Assembly: GCA_965213625.1 (NCBI GenBank)
Contig: CBDBZU010000004.1
Span: forward strand, 2,528,001-2,592,000
Source: a bacterium
GTDB lineage: Bacteria > UBA8248
Direction: 5' to 3'
DNA length: 64,000 bases
The position numbers and the translations under genes are program-made. The notes below the pieces were generated by a model. The model saw nothing but the letters and a program-made list of their open reading frames with translations, made no database searches and had not been told where the DNA came from. Shown here one piece after another: positions 53,047 through 63,946 of this stretch (positions are counted from its first letter, which is position 1; every line of letters begins with the position of its first letter).

Positions 53047-54009
53047 TCAAGGGTTGATGTTCAATCGTTTTCTAAAGTCATCTATTGTCGCCAGGAGACC
53101 CTCTTCCAGAGAAATCGCCGGCTCCCAACCGAGATGTTTTTTTGCTTTCCCGATGTCGGGTTGGCGGATTTTTGGATCATCAACTGGCAACGGTACATGC
53201 TGAATTTTTGAGTCCACTTCTGTGAGCGCAATGATTTTCTTTGCCAGGTCGAGAATCGTCATCTCGGAAGGATTTCCGAGGTTCACGGGATTATGAATAT
53301 CGCTGTCCATCAGCTTGATGAGGCCATCGATAAGGTCTGTGATGAAACAGAAACTTCTCGTCTGCTTGCCATCGCCAAAAACGCTGATGGGTTCGTTTCG
53401 TATGGATTGCGTAATGAAGGCGGGTATGGCGCGACCGTCTGCGATTCGCATTCTCGGACCATACGTATTGAAGATTCGGGCGATGTGTGCGTTAAGGCCA
53501 TGCGTCCGGTGATAGGCCATGGTCATGGCTTCTGAGAATCTCTTGGCTTCATCATACACGCCGCGCGGCCCGATGGGATTGACGTGGCCCCAATATTCCT
53601 CGTGTTGCGGGTGAATCTGGGGGTCGCCATATACCTCCGAGGTGGAAGCCAAAAGAAAACGCGCTTTTTTCTCCTTCGCAAGCCCCAGGGCATTATGTGT
53701 GCCAAGAGAGCCGACCTTTAACGTCTGAATAGGAAATTTTAAATAGTCATTCGGGCTGGCCGGACTCGCGAGATGGAAAACGGCGTCAACGTTTCCCTCG
53801 ATATGAATGTGTTCGCATACGTTGTGTTTGATGAGTGTAAAATACGGATGCCCATTTTCGAGGAGGTGGCCGATGTTGGTGTGGTGTCCGGTGAGGAAAT
53901 TGTCGACGCATACGACGTTGTTACTTAGAGCGATGAGTTTGTCGCACAAATGGGAGCCGATAAAGCCCGCTCCACCTGTCACCACAACGCGGGAGTTTTT
54001 CATTTTCAA
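53047..54009 (-). CDS. UDP-glucuronic acid decarboxylase family protein
   Basis: [33 protein letters not shown] and [10 protein letters not shown] motifs. Confidence 0.93.
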   Translation of the reverse strand: MKMKNSRVVVTGGAGFIGSHLCDKLIALSNNVVCVDNFLTGHHTNIGHLLENGHPYFTLIKHNVCEHIHIEGNVDAVFHLASPASPNDYLKFPIQTLKVGSLGTHNALGLAKEKKARFLLASTSEVYGDPQIHPQHEEYWGHVNPIGPRGVYDEAKRFSEAMTMAYHRTHGLNAHIARIFNTYGPRMRIADGRAIPAFITQSIRNEPISVFGDGKQTRSFCFITDLIDGLIKLMDSDIHNPVNLGNPSEMTILDLAKKIIALTEVDSKIQHVPLPVDDPKIRQPDIGKAKKHLGWEPAISLEEGLLATIDDFRKRLNINP

Positions 54010-55331
54010 GGATTAACTGACGATTTTCCGATGCTGAAGTATTCAAAACCAGCATCTGCTACTAACTCGGAAGAGTAGACGTTTCGACCATCGAATATAA
54101 TCGGCTCCATCATATCTGATTTCAAGCGGCTCAGATTCAACTGTCTAAATTCACGCCACTCCGTGACGATAACAACCCCGTTTGCGCCTTTCGCCGCATC
54201 GTAGGGGCTTTGGCAGTATTCGACTTCCTCATCGCCAATGATTCGCCTGGCGTTTTCGGTGGCGATGGGGTCGTATGCCCGCAGCCTGGCTCCTGCCTCA
54301 CGGAGCGCGTGGCAAATTTCGATGCTTTTTGCCTCTCGCATGTCATCCGTGTCCGGCTTGAACGATAGCCCCAATACGCCGATGGTTTTTCCCTCGAGTG
54401 GCTGGCGGCTCTTCGCACCGAGTCTTTCGATAATTCTTTGTACGAAGCGGGGCACACGGCTGTCGTTTTCCGCTCTCACGGCCTCTAGAATCGGTATTTC
54501 TGCGCCAAGTCTTCTGGAGGCGTGCAATAGGGCATCCACGTCTTTTGGGAAGCAGGAACCGCCATAGCCCAGACCTGCCCCCAGAAAGGCGGGGCCTATC
54601 CGCGAATCCGCGCCAACCCCTTTGGCCACTTCGCGAATATCCGCCTGTGTCTGCTCGCAAAGGTTCGCCACCGCGTTTATGAAAGTGATTTTCGTCGCCA
54701 AAAACGCGTTCGAGGCGTATTTGATCAACTCGGCGCTTTGCGTGTCCGTGATGACACATGGCGCGTTCAGGGCTTGGTAAAGAAGCTGAATGGTTTTCGC
54801 CGCTTTATCCGATGATGAGCCGATGACGATGCGATCCGGCTGGAGCGTATCCCGCACGGCTTGCCCTTCGCGCAGGAACTCCGGATTGCAGACCACATCG
54901 AAATCTGTGGGCGCGACGCCATTTTTCTCGATAACGTCTCGAACGAATTCCCCAGTGCCGACAGGCACGGTGCTCTTGTTGACGATGATCTTGTAATCCT
55001 GTACCGAGCGGGCGATGTCCGCCGCCGCCGCTTCAACTTGCGAGAGATCGGTTCCACCATCCTCGGCAGGTGGAGTGCCCACGCAGATGAAAATGATCTC
55101 GCTTTTCGAAACGGCCTCGGGTATGGAGGTGGTGAACGTGAGCCTGCCCTCTCTGAGGTTCCGCTCCAGCAGTTCGGGCAGTCTAGGCTCATGGATCGGG
55201 CAGCCGCCCGCGTTCAGGGTATCCACGCGGTTTTGGTCGATATCCACGCCGATGACATCGTTACCCAAGTCGGCGAATATGGCGCCTGTGACCAATCCGA
55301 CATATCCACAGCCGATTACGCAAATGTTCAC
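54006..55331 (-). CDS. ugd: UDP-glucose 6-dehydrogenase
   Basis: [24 protein letters not shown] and GGSCFPKD motifs. Confidence 0.94.
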   Translation of the reverse strand: MNICVIGCGYVGLVTGAIFADLGNDVIGVDIDQNRVDTLNAGGCPIHEPRLPELLERNLREGRLTFTTSIPEAVSKSEIIFICVGTPPAEDGGTDLSQVEAAAADIARSVQDYKIIVNKSTVPVGTGEFVRDVIEKNGVAPTDFDVVCNPEFLREGQAVRDTLQPDRIVIGSSSDKAAKTIQLLYQALNAPCVITDTQSAELIKYASNAFLATKITFINAVANLCEQTQADIREVAKGVGADSRIGPAFLGAGLGYGGSCFPKDVDALLHASRRLGAEIPILEAVRAENDSRVPRFVQRIIERLGAKSRQPLEGKTIGVLGLSFKPDTDDMREAKSIEICHALREAGARLRAYDPIATENARRIIGDEEVEYCQSPYDAAKGANGVVIVTEWREFRQLNLSRLKSDMMEPIIFDGRNVYSSELVADAGFEYFSIGKSSVNP

Positions 55332-55395
55332 TGAGTTGCCTCACCCTTCATCATATGGTCAGGTTGCGTGAAAAATGAGAGAAAACCGTGCTATG

Positions 55396-57726
55396 TTACT
55401 CAAAAGGCCAAGTCGCCCATGAACCGATTCCCCCAGATTTGCCACCTCTCAAAACATTCCGTCTACTCGTGGCACCCAGGCCACTCTCTGATTCGAGCAG
55501 GCCGATGAGGCTGAAGCCGAGGAAAACCTCGTTTTTATCCTTGGTGTCGGTGAACGTGAGTTCCACGCCCCAGCAGCAATCGAGGTAGCGCGCCGTGACG
55601 CTTTGCTCCAGTGTGGTTTTTTCGGTTTTATTCAACCGCGAGAAATATTCGAGGAAAAGATGCTTGTTGAGGGATAGCCCACCGGCGAAATTCAGATAAC
55701 TTCCCTCTGCGTATTCCCGGTAATCGTCTCTTTGTCGCGTCCAGGTCCGATCGAGATTGAGATACCACTTCTTCCCGCCATCTAGAAAGACACCCGTGGA
55801 GTGTTCGCTGATTTCCAGATCATAGGGGTTGTATTTGAATTGCTGCAACAGGCGAAGTTTGGAGAAGGGCTGTGATTCGAGCCTGAAAGTGATGTCGCTC
55901 AAAGGACGTTTCGGCTTCGTGTCCAGGTCTTCTTTCCTTCGCGCCTCGACGAAATCATATGTCTGGCTGATGCGGTAGCGAAATAACTGCCTTGTCTGGA
56001 ACCCGTCTTTTGCGGGTAGTTTCGTCAGCAATCGATTCACGATCGCGTATTCGATGGCATGTTCATGCTGCAGGGTGTCCACCATATCCAGGGGCAGGAT
56101 AAGGCTTCTGTCGTACACGTCGTTGTTGGGGCTGTATTGGTACATCGTTTCAAATGAGAGGATGTGCTTGAAATCCCGGAATGGGCCGAGTTCGCCTCGG
56201 TAGACTTTGCTGTATCTCGGGCCAATCGCATGAAGTCTTGCAAACCACATTTCACGTGAAAGGCCGGATTCCACGTGTTGCGAGTCATCAATATGTGAGC
56301 CTGCAAGCGGCTCTGAGCTTTGATGCGTCCAGTGGGTTCTGCGGAATCCGATTTCGGGCGTCAGGCCGAGCCAGGGAACAGTCTCCAAACGAAGCGACAA
56401 AGATGGTTCGATATGAAACCGGCTCAACCGGAGCGTATTTTCGTGCTCCGTTTTTCTGAAATTGGTGAAGGAGGAATCCAGGTTGAAGTAAAAATCGCTT
56501 TTACCCAGACGTTTGTTGTGGATGTCCAAAGCAATATCCGGCGCTCTTTGAAACAATTGCCCATCATTTTCACCCAACCCTTCGCGTCGCCTCATTCCCA
56601 GCTGGAACTGCCCGGCAATTATAGGGAGATTTTGCGTGAAAGTGACATGGGTGTCCGTGTCCTGGCGCGTACGAGTCAACAAATCGCCTTCGAGGGAGCG
56701 ATCGTTTGGCGGTCGTTTTTGCAAATCGACGACGGCGTGTAGATTGGCGTCTATGTCTTTGAAATTCGAGCGATGGAAGCTTCTGACGTCCCAAAAAGTC
56801 GATCGCTCGATTTTGTCTTTCAGGTAGCGCCCTGTTATCTGTCCCGAGGTGTTTCGATTCGGTGCGTAGCGGTACTCTCCTTTATAGCGCATACCGCGCT
56901 TGGTGAAATAATCAACTCCGAAGGTGGCGTCTGACGAATCGTTGATGGCCCAGAAGTATGAGGGGGAAAACTGGAAACCGTTCCGACTGCTCGAGCCGAT
57001 GCCCGGCAGGAGGAAGCCGGTGGCTCTTTTCGCTTTTATCGGCACCATGACCCAGGGGAGAAATGCCGCCGGCACGCCTTTCACCGTCATGGTGGGGGCT
57101 TCGAGTTGGGCATAGCCCTCGACCTGGAAGGTCGCCCGCTCGAAGCCGAAAGCCCAGTCAGGAAGATCCCCTTCGCATGTGGTGAAAGTGCCTCCCTGGA
57201 CTTCATACCTGTCTTCTGAGAAGCGTCGTATTACTCGTCCCGAAACATAATAAGTTGTACCGATGATGCCGCGCGCGTTGAACACTACGAGCCGTTCGGT
57301 ATCGAGATTAAACTCGATGCGGTTGGCCACGATGCGATCGTCCTTGGTTTGAAAAACAATGTTTCCACTGGCGACGCCATCACGCGTCGATGTTTGCACT
57401 TCGATATGGTCCGCCCGGATTCTATTGTCTAAATATCGGATGTCTGCGGCTCCGCGACCGATAATCCGCTGCCGCTCCCGATCTTCACTTATCTCATCGG
57501 CCGTGATGGAGATAGAGGCTTCTCGCTTTATTGAAAGCTGAGTGTCTTTGTTGCTTTTCGTGGACGGAGTGGGCAGGGCTTGGTTTTGCACGCCACTATT
57601 TTGTTGTGCCTGCGAGGAAGACGGCGTCCAGAACAGTGCGAGGGAGAAAATGGCGATTGATAGATAAAGCCCATGTGTTTTAAGAGAAACAAATTTTTTA
57701 TTATTCGACACGGAGGCTCTCATCAT
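55396..57726 (-). CDS. lptD: LPS assembly protein LptD
   Basis: Signal peptide, OstA-like N-terminal domain, FTTC, RATGFLLP and C-terminal CCW motif. Confidence 0.88.
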   Translation of the reverse strand: MMRASVSNNKKFVSLKTHGLYLSIAIFSLALFWTPSSSQAQQNSGVQNQALPTPSTKSNKDTQLSIKREASISITADEISEDRERQRIIGRGAADIRYLDNRIRADHIEVQTSTRDGVASGNIVFQTKDDRIVANRIEFNLDTERLVVFNARGIIGTTYYVSGRVIRRFSEDRYEVQGGTFTTCEGDLPDWAFGFERATFQVEGYAQLEAPTMTVKGVPAAFLPWVMVPIKAKRATGFLLPGIGSSSRNGFQFSPSYFWAINDSSDATFGVDYFTKRGMRYKGEYRYAPNRNTSGQITGRYLKDKIERSTFWDVRSFHRSNFKDIDANLHAVVDLQKRPPNDRSLEGDLLTRTRQDTDTHVTFTQNLPIIAGQFQLGMRRREGLGENDGQLFQRAPDIALDIHNKRLGKSDFYFNLDSSFTNFRKTEHENTLRLSRFHIEPSLSLRLETVPWLGLTPEIGFRRTHWTHQSSEPLAGSHIDDSQHVESGLSREMWFARLHAIGPRYSKVYRGELGPFRDFKHILSFETMYQYSPNNDVYDRSLILPLDMVDTLQHEHAIEYAIVNRLLTKLPAKDGFQTRQLFRYRISQTYDFVEARRKEDLDTKPKRPLSDITFRLESQPFSKLRLLQQFKYNPYDLEISEHSTGVFLDGGKKWYLNLDRTWTRQRDDYREYAEGSYLNFAGGLSLNKHLFLEYFSRLNKTEKTTLEQSVTARYLDCCWGVELTFTDTKDKNEVFLGFSLIGLLESESGLGATSRRNVLRGGKSGGIGSWATWPFE

Positions 57727-57908
57727 CGTGAATCGTTAAGAACTGTCTCTGACTTTAGATGAATAAGATTTTTCTGTAATGGTTTTGAGTCGAATAGATT
57801 ATGAATACAATTTAATGAGATCGCAATCTAGGGGACATAAGCAACAAGGTGAGATTCGGCTCATCTTCCGAGCCGTTTGCTGCAGTTTGAGATGCGCTTC
57901 TAGGAGGA

Positions 57909-58745
57909 TTATGTTGATTCCGAATGCGTTTCTTCGAAGTTTTCGGAAGCGCTCCCTCGTTTGGTTCTCCGCCATCTCGTAATCATTCCATAGGGGCCGG
58001 AAGCGGCGTAGCAGACAAAAGCCAGACAGGCGACTACCTGAGGAATCGCCGCCGCCACGAACAGAGCCAGCACCGCGCCGACGAGGACGCGAAATGGTCT
58101 TCTGAGCGGTCCGCTTATATCCTTGAAACTCTTGTAGCGGATGGTACTCACCATAAGGAATGCCAGAACATAGCTGAGCGCAGCAATGAGGAGTAATGGG
58201 ACGTGGGGTTTGATCGAAAAATCTTCAACCAAATATACGATGGATGCCAAAACACCTGCCGCCCCGGGTATCGGCAGGCCACGGAAATCCATGGAACCGC
58301 TGCCTGCTTGCGCCAGCACGTTGAAGCGCGCCAGCCTTAAGGCGCCGCAAGCGGCGAATATGAATGTGGCCAGCCAGCCGATTCTCCCGTAAGGGGCGAG
58401 GAGCCAGGTATATATCAAAACGGCCGGTGCGATGCCGAAAGCCGTCAGGTCGCACAAAGAGTCGTACTGAAGCCCGAAAGGACTCGTACTTTTCGTCAAC
58501 CTGGCGACAGTACCGTCAAGCCCATCTAAAACGATGGCCAACAATATCGCCAGCGAGGCCCAGATGAAGTTTCCCTGTATCGAGGCGACGATTGCATAGA
58601 AACCGGCAAAAAGACTGCCTGTCGTCAGCAGATTGGGAACCAGGTATATCCCTCGCTGAAAAGAGCGCCTTCCTGAGCGGCGTCTTCTTCTGCGTGAACG
58701 ACGACCAAATTTATTTCGTGGCTGTCTGGTAGTTTGCTCGTCCAA
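57909..58745 (-). CDS. pssA: CDP-diacylglycerol--serine O-phosphatidyltransferase
   Basis: PNLLT, DGLDGTVAR..SPFG..DSLCD, RLARFN and GLPIP motifs. Confidence 0.94.
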   Translation of the reverse strand: MDEQTTRQPRNKFGRRSRRRRRRSGRRSFQRGIYLVPNLLTTGSLFAGFYAIVASIQGNFIWASLAILLAIVLDGLDGTVARLTKSTSPFGLQYDSLCDLTAFGIAPAVLIYTWLLAPYGRIGWLATFIFAACGALRLARFNVLAQAGSGSMDFRGLPIPGAAGVLASIVYLVEDFSIKPHVPLLLIAALSYVLAFLMVSTIRYKSFKDISGPLRRPFRVLVGAVLALFVAAAIPQVVACLAFVCYAASGPYGMITRWRRTKRGSASENFEETHSEST

Positions 58746-59367
58746 CGATAGTCTCTCCTCCGCGAACGCGCTGCCCCTGTTCTACGGATATTTCAAAACC
58801 TTTCGGAAAATATAGATCCGTTCGCGAGCCGAACTGAATCAGCCCAAAGCGTTCTCCCGCATTTATGGAATCTCCCACTTTTGTCCAGCAGACAATCCGC
58901 CGGGCCAGTACGCCGGCGATTTGAATGACTCTGAAATTATCGCCTGTGTTCGTCTCGATTTCCAGTCTATTTTGCTCATTGCTGCTCGATGCGGCTTCTT
59001 TATAAGCAGCCAGGAAGCGGCCTTTTTGATAGTGGATGTTCGATATTCTCCCCTCGACGGGCGATCTGTTGATATGAACGTCTAGAGGGGAGAGGAAAAT
59101 CCGGACCACGCTTCCGCCATCCTCAGTGGAGGCGACCTCCACGACCCTGCCATCCGCAGGGGACAAGACTACGTCAGGCTCATTAGGCGGGGTGCGGTAG
59201 GGGTCCCTGAAAAAACCGGCTATAGCCGCGGCCAGCAGAAAAAAAAGAATCGCCCATATCCATCCCCCCAAGAGGATCGAAATGAGGCCGATGGCCATTA
59301 AACCCGAAACATAGCCCCAACCTTCTCTTGCAACAAATGGTCTGCTGGAGTTGTCTCTTTCACTCAT
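58711..59367 (-). CDS. psd: Phosphatidylserine decarboxylase
   Basis: FFRDP, SPADG, DVHINR and the FGS self-cleavage site. Confidence 0.94.
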   Translation of the reverse strand: MSERDNSSRPFVAREGWGYVSGLMAIGLISILLGGWIWAILFFLLAAAIAGFFRDPYRTPPNEPDVVLSPADGRVVEVASTEDGGSVVRIFLSPLDVHINRSPVEGRISNIHYQKGRFLAAYKEAASSSNEQNRLEIETNTGDNFRVIQIAGVLARRIVCWTKVGDSINAGERFGLIQFGSRTDLYFPKGFEISVEQGQRVRGGETIVGRANYQTATK

Positions 59368-59370
59368 TGG

Positions 59371-59904
59371 TCAATTTTTTGCGCCCTTGAGGGTTTTGGC
59401 CCCTCGGGTGAGTGCGACCTTGCCTGTGCGGGCGATCTCTTTGATACCGAATGGTTGGAGTAAATTCAATATGGCGTGGATCTTGCCTTCGTCTCCTGTG
59501 ACTTCGACGGTAATGGTATCTGTGGACACATCGACGACGCGGCCTCGGAAAACGTCGATGATTTGAAAAATCTCCGGCCGCGCGGCTTTCGGAGCAGAAA
59601 TCTTGATGAGTATCATTTCACGCTCGACGCTGTCCGACTCGCCCATGTCCATCACCTTGAAGGTGTCAATGAGCTTGCTGAGGTGTTTTCGGATTTGTTC
59701 GAGAATTTTTTCGTCTCCGCGCGTGACCAGAGTGATTCGGGATACGCTCGGGTCCTGCGTCACCCCCACGCAGAGGCTGTCGATGTTGTAGCCGCGGGCG
59801 CTGAACAGGCTTGCCACCTTGGCGAGAACGCCGAATTTGTTCTCTACTAAAACCGCTATCGTATGCGTGTCGTCCTTGGAATTGTTGTTGAAATTTCTGG
59901 GCAT
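59371..59904 (-). CDS. ilvN: Acetohydroxyacid synthase small subunit (copy A)
   Basis: LVENKFGVL, RGYNIDSL, EREMILIK and EIARTG motifs; TAATG overlap with the upstream paralogue. Confidence 0.93.
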   Translation of the reverse strand: MPRNFNNNSKDDTHTIAVLVENKFGVLAKVASLFSARGYNIDSLCVGVTQDPSVSRITLVTRGDEKILEQIRKHLSKLIDTFKVMDMGESDSVEREMILIKISAPKAARPEIFQIIDVFRGRVVDVSTDTITVEVTGDEGKIHAILNLLQPFGIKEIARTGKVALTRGAKTLKGAKN

Positions 59905-60407
59905 TATGCGATGGGCTCCCAATCGTCGGGCATGCCGTCGTAAGGCAGTGATATCATTCCCGTGCGCGCCATTTGCGATATTCCGTAGCCCTCGAACGCT
60001 TTCAGGAGGGTTCTGACCTTGTGATCGTTGCCGCTCGCTTCGAGGGTTACTGTATCGTCGGTCATGTTGATCACCTGAGCGCCGAAGGCGTTGGCGAGTT
60101 GGATGACCTCACTTCTTTGGCTAATGGGCGCTTTGATTGTCGCGAGAACGAGTTCGCGCGTGACGGCCTGGTTGTATGAGATTTGCTCGACCTCTCGCAC
60201 GTCGTAGAGCTTGCGGAGTTGTTTGGCGATCTGGTCGAGTTCGTTTTCTTCGCCGAAGGCGACGATGACGATGCGCGTTATCGTGGCATCCTCCGTCGGT
60301 CCGGCGGCGATGCTCTCTATGTTGTATCCACGGCGCGTGAAAAGGCCTGCTACGTGGGAAAGCACGCCAGCGTGGTTGTTAACGAGAATAGAATAGACTT
60401 GTCTCAT
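59904..60407 (-). CDS. ilvN: Acetohydroxyacid synthase small subunit (copy B, divergent)
   Basis: LVNNHAGVL, LFTRRGYNIES, KQLRKL and MARTG motifs. Confidence 0.88.
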   Translation of the reverse strand: MRQVYSILVNNHAGVLSHVAGLFTRRGYNIESIAAGPTEDATITRIVIVAFGEENELDQIAKQLRKLYDVREVEQISYNQAVTRELVLATIKAPISQRSEVIQLANAFGAQVINMTDDTVTLEASGNDHKVRTLLKAFEGYGISQMARTGMISLPYDGMPDDWEPIA

Positions 60408-62098
60408 GATTTGGCTTCCCTGGAGGGGGGTGCGAGTTGCATCTCATCGTTTCCGGCTCCGGCAGGAACCATGGGCCAGACGTTTTCTTCCTTGTTTACG
60501 AGGAAATTCAACACCACTGGCCCGTCGTGCTCGGCCGCCGTCTCAAGGGAATTCCGCACTTCATTCACGTCGGTGACGTTGATGCCCTTTACGCCATAGC
60601 CTTCTGCGATGGCGGCGAAATCGGGATTTTCCGGGTAATGCGAATGCGAATAGCGTTTCTCAAAGAACAGTTCCTGCCACTGGCGGACCATTCCCAGATA
60701 CGCATTGTTCAGGATGGCGACCTTCACAGGGACGTTATATGTAGCCGCCGTGGCGAGTTCGACGAGCGTCATCGCAAAACTGCCGTCGCCGTCGATGAGC
60801 CAAACGTCTTTTTCCGGGCGGGCGAATTTTGCGCCGATGGCGGCGGGAAGACCGAAGCCCATCGTTCCGAGGCCGCCGGAAGTCACCCAGGTCTTCGGCT
60901 CGTTGAAGCGGATGAACTGCGCCGCCCACATCTGGTGCTGGCCTACGCCGGTCACGTATATGCCGTTACCCTCGGTAATTTCCTGAATCTGATCAATCAC
61001 GTACTGAGGTTTAATGGAGCCGTCCCAGTCGTATTGAAGGGGATAGTTCTCCTTCCAGTCCATCCAAGTCTGCCGCCACTCACCGTAATCTCTGGGTGTC
61101 AGGCGCTCGTTGAGTGCAATCAGCACGTCCCGTACATTCCCGAGTATCGGGATATGGGTGTGCACCCGCTTGTCGATCTCGGCGTCGTCGATGTCAACGT
61201 GCGCGATGGTCGCCTTGGGGCAAAAACTCGATACCTTGCCAGTCACGCGGTCGTCGAAGCGGGCGCCTAGATTGATGAGTAAATCACACTCACAAAGAGC
61301 AAAGTTCGCGTAGGCCGTGCCGTGCATGCCGGGCATGCCGAGGAAGAGATCGTCCGTTCCCGGGAAACCCCCGAGCCCCAGCAATGTGTTGATGACCGGG
61401 ATGCCCGCCGCTTTTGCGAATTTCACTAGTTCTGCGGATGCCCCGGACTTGACAATACCGGCGCCGCCAATAATGACAGGTCGCTCGGCCCGCTCAATGG
61501 CTTCGAGTAGTTTGTCGATTCCTTCGGTATCTAGTGCGGGATATTCCCGGAGAGCCGGAAGAGGGGATTCAGCGGATTCTCGCGGCGTGTATTCCGCTTT
61601 GGTGATTTGGATGTCTTTAGGAAAATCGATCAGGACGGGGCCGGGTCGACCCGTCGTTGCTACGCGAATCGCTTCCCGCGTAACGTGTTGAATTTCATTG
61701 ACATCCTTGATGAGCCAGTTGAATTTAGTGACCGGTATGGAGCAGCCGTACATATCGGCTTCCTGAAAGGCGTCGGTCCCTATCATATTGGTCGCGACTT
61801 GCCCTGTAATGGCGATGAGCGGCACGGAATCCATCTGTGCGTTTGCGAGGCCGGTAATGAGGTTCGTGGCCCCGGGGCCGGACGTCGTGACGACGATGGC
61901 GACTTTTCCGCTCACGCGCGCGTACCCGTCCGCCATGTGGGCGGCTCCCTGTTCGTGTCGTGTGAGGATATGAGGGAAATCCGACTTCATCAACTCATCG
62001 TAAAAAGGCATGATGGCGCCACCCGGGATGCCGAAAGCCATCTCTATGCCTGCCGCTTTCAACTCTTCGATAAGGATTTGCGAGCCATTGAGCTCCAC
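60404..62098 (-). CDS. ilvB: Acetohydroxyacid synthase large subunit (copy B)
   Basis: GIPGGAI, RHEQGA, TSGPGATN, RFDDRVTG and GDGS..NN..GMVRQWQ motifs. Confidence 0.95.
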   Translation of the reverse strand: MELNGSQILIEELKAAGIEMAFGIPGGAIMPFYDELMKSDFPHILTRHEQGAAHMADGYARVSGKVAIVVTTSGPGATNLITGLANAQMDSVPLIAITGQVATNMIGTDAFQEADMYGCSIPVTKFNWLIKDVNEIQHVTREAIRVATTGRPGPVLIDFPKDIQITKAEYTPRESAESPLPALREYPALDTEGIDKLLEAIERAERPVIIGGAGIVKSGASAELVKFAKAAGIPVINTLLGLGGFPGTDDLFLGMPGMHGTAYANFALCECDLLINLGARFDDRVTGKVSSFCPKATIAHVDIDDAEIDKRVHTHIPILGNVRDVLIALNERLTPRDYGEWRQTWMDWKENYPLQYDWDGSIKPQYVIDQIQEITEGNGIYVTGVGQHQMWAAQFIRFNEPKTWVTSGGLGTMGFGLPAAIGAKFARPEKDVWLIDGDGSFAMTLVELATAATYNVPVKVAILNNAYLGMVRQWQELFFEKRYSHSHYPENPDFAAIAEGYGVKGINVTDVNEVRNSLETAAEHDGPVVLNFLVNKEENVWPMVPAGAGNDEMQLAPPSREAKS

Positions 62099-62110
62099 GA
62101 ATGAAACCTC

Positions 62111-63895
62111 CTAGTTATCAGGCAAGGCGCTGAGCTTGCCTTGAAGTACTTTTTTTCGGCTGTCGCGCACAATCATGTCTTTTGTCGCGCCGCCTGCGGG
62201 TACCATCGGGAACACCAATTCGTCAGGGTCGACGATCACGTCCAGGATGTAGGGTCCCGGTGTATTGATCATTTCCTGAATGGCGGGTCTGATTTCTTCT
62301 TTGTCTACAATCCTGCGACCGCTGGCGCCGAATGCTTCCGCTAGTTTGACGTAATCAGGAGAGGATTCGAAATCCACTTCGCTAAATCGTCGATCCATAA
62401 ACAGGTCCTGCCATTGGCGAACCATGCCCAGCGTGGCGTTGTTGAGCAAAAAAACTTTTACGGGAATGTCGTATTGAACGGCCGTGGCGATTTCTTGCAT
62501 CACCATCTGAAAACTTCCATCTCCCGCAATGTCGATGGCCAACTTATCCGGTCTTGCCAGCGCCGCGCCGATGGCTGCGGGAAAGCCGAAGCCCATGGTT
62601 CCGAGGCCACCCGATGAAATGAACTGGCGCGGGAACGTGAAATTATAAAATTGGGCGGACCACATTTGGTGCTGGCCCACTTCGGTGGTGATGATCGCCT
62701 TGTCTCCCACTTCCTCACTCAAGGCGAGTATGGCCTCCTGCGGCTTGATCGGCGAGCCCTCGGTGGAGTCGAACGTGAGCGGGTATTCTGCTCTCAAGTT
62801 TTGAAACCGCTTCTTCCACAAAGGACGTGTCTGAGGTTCGATGAGTTTGTTGACTTCAACGAGCACCTGACGGGCGTCGCCGACGACAGGGATATCCGCC
62901 GTCTTGTTTTTTCCGATGGCGGTGGGGTCTATGTCGATATGGATGATTTTCGCCCGCGTAGCGAATTCCGAGACCTTTCCGGTGACGCGGTCGTCGAACC
63001 TTGCGCCGACGGCGATGAGCAGATCACACTCCATAGTCGCATAGTTGGCGTATGCTGTTCCGTGCATGCCGAGCATACCCAATGAGAGTTCATGGGCGCT
63101 TGGGAAAGCTCCTGCTCCCAAAAGAGTATAGGTGACCGGAATTTCAGCCGTTTCCGCGAGTTTTACGATCTCCGAATGCGCTTCCGCATGAATTGCGCCA
63201 CCACCCACGTAGAGCAGGGGCTGTTTAGATTTCTCGATGGCTTCGGCTACGCGCTGAATTTGCCTCGGATGGCCTTTGGTCGTGGGCTTGTAGCCTCGGA
63301 GTTCCACTTTTTCGGGGAGTATGTAGTTCCCATCGCCGAGGAGGACGTCTTTGGGCAGATCTACGAGGACCGGGCCGGGCCTTCCCGTGCGCGCAATGTA
63401 GAATGCCTCTTGGATTGTTTCCGCAAGATCATCCGTGCTCTGAACCAAATAGCTGTGCTTGGTGATGGTTCTGGTCATACCGACGATGTCGGCTTCCTGG
63501 AAGGCGTCGTTGCCCACCATCGTAGTGGCCACTTGGCCCGTAAAGCATACGATGGGGATAGAATCCATGTAGGCATCCGTGATGCCCGTAATGAGGTTCG
63601 TGGCGCCTGGCCCGGAGGTGGTAAGACATACGCCGACCTTCCCGCTGGCTCGGGCGTATCCCTCCGCCATGTGCGCGGCGCACTGCTCGTGCCGGATAAG
63701 CAAGTGCTTGATTTTGCTTCTTTTAAGAAATAGGTCCAAAACCGTTAGCAGAATGGCGCCCGGATGTCCGAAAACGTACTTCACCCCCTCACGCTCAAGG
63801 CTGCGGTAGACAATCTCAGCGCCTGATATTTTCTGCGGCTTCAGTTTTGTGGGTTGTTTTGCGGTTTGGTTTTTCGCCTTGGTCGCCACGGCCAA
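62111..63895 (-). CDS. ilvB: Acetohydroxyacid synthase large subunit (copy A, with a divergent N-terminal loop)
   Basis: RHEQ, TSGPGATN, RFDDRVTG, GDGSFQM and GMVRQWQ motifs; start may be the GTG at 63889. Confidence 0.93.
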   Translation of the reverse strand: MAVATKAKNQTAKQPTKLKPQKISGAEIVYRSLEREGVKYVFGHPGAILLTVLDLFLKRSKIKHLLIRHEQCAAHMAEGYARASGKVGVCLTTSGPGATNLITGITDAYMDSIPIVCFTGQVATTMVGNDAFQEADIVGMTRTITKHSYLVQSTDDLAETIQEAFYIARTGRPGPVLVDLPKDVLLGDGNYILPEKVELRGYKPTTKGHPRQIQRVAEAIEKSKQPLLYVGGGAIHAEAHSEIVKLAETAEIPVTYTLLGAGAFPSAHELSLGMLGMHGTAYANYATMECDLLIAVGARFDDRVTGKVSEFATRAKIIHIDIDPTAIGKNKTADIPVVGDARQVLVEVNKLIEPQTRPLWKKRFQNLRAEYPLTFDSTEGSPIKPQEAILALSEEVGDKAIITTEVGQHQMWSAQFYNFTFPRQFISSGGLGTMGFGFPAAIGAALARPDKLAIDIAGDGSFQMVMQEIATAVQYDIPVKVFLLNNATLGMVRQWQDLFMDRRFSEVDFESSPDYVKLAEAFGASGRRIVDKEEIRPAIQEMINTPGPYILDVIVDPDELVFPMVPAGGATKDMIVRDSRKKVLQGKLSALPDN

Positions 63896-63946
63896 TTCCT
63901 TTCAGCCAGTTGAGCTAATTCTCAGTCTGGCAATAAAGTCGATCCG

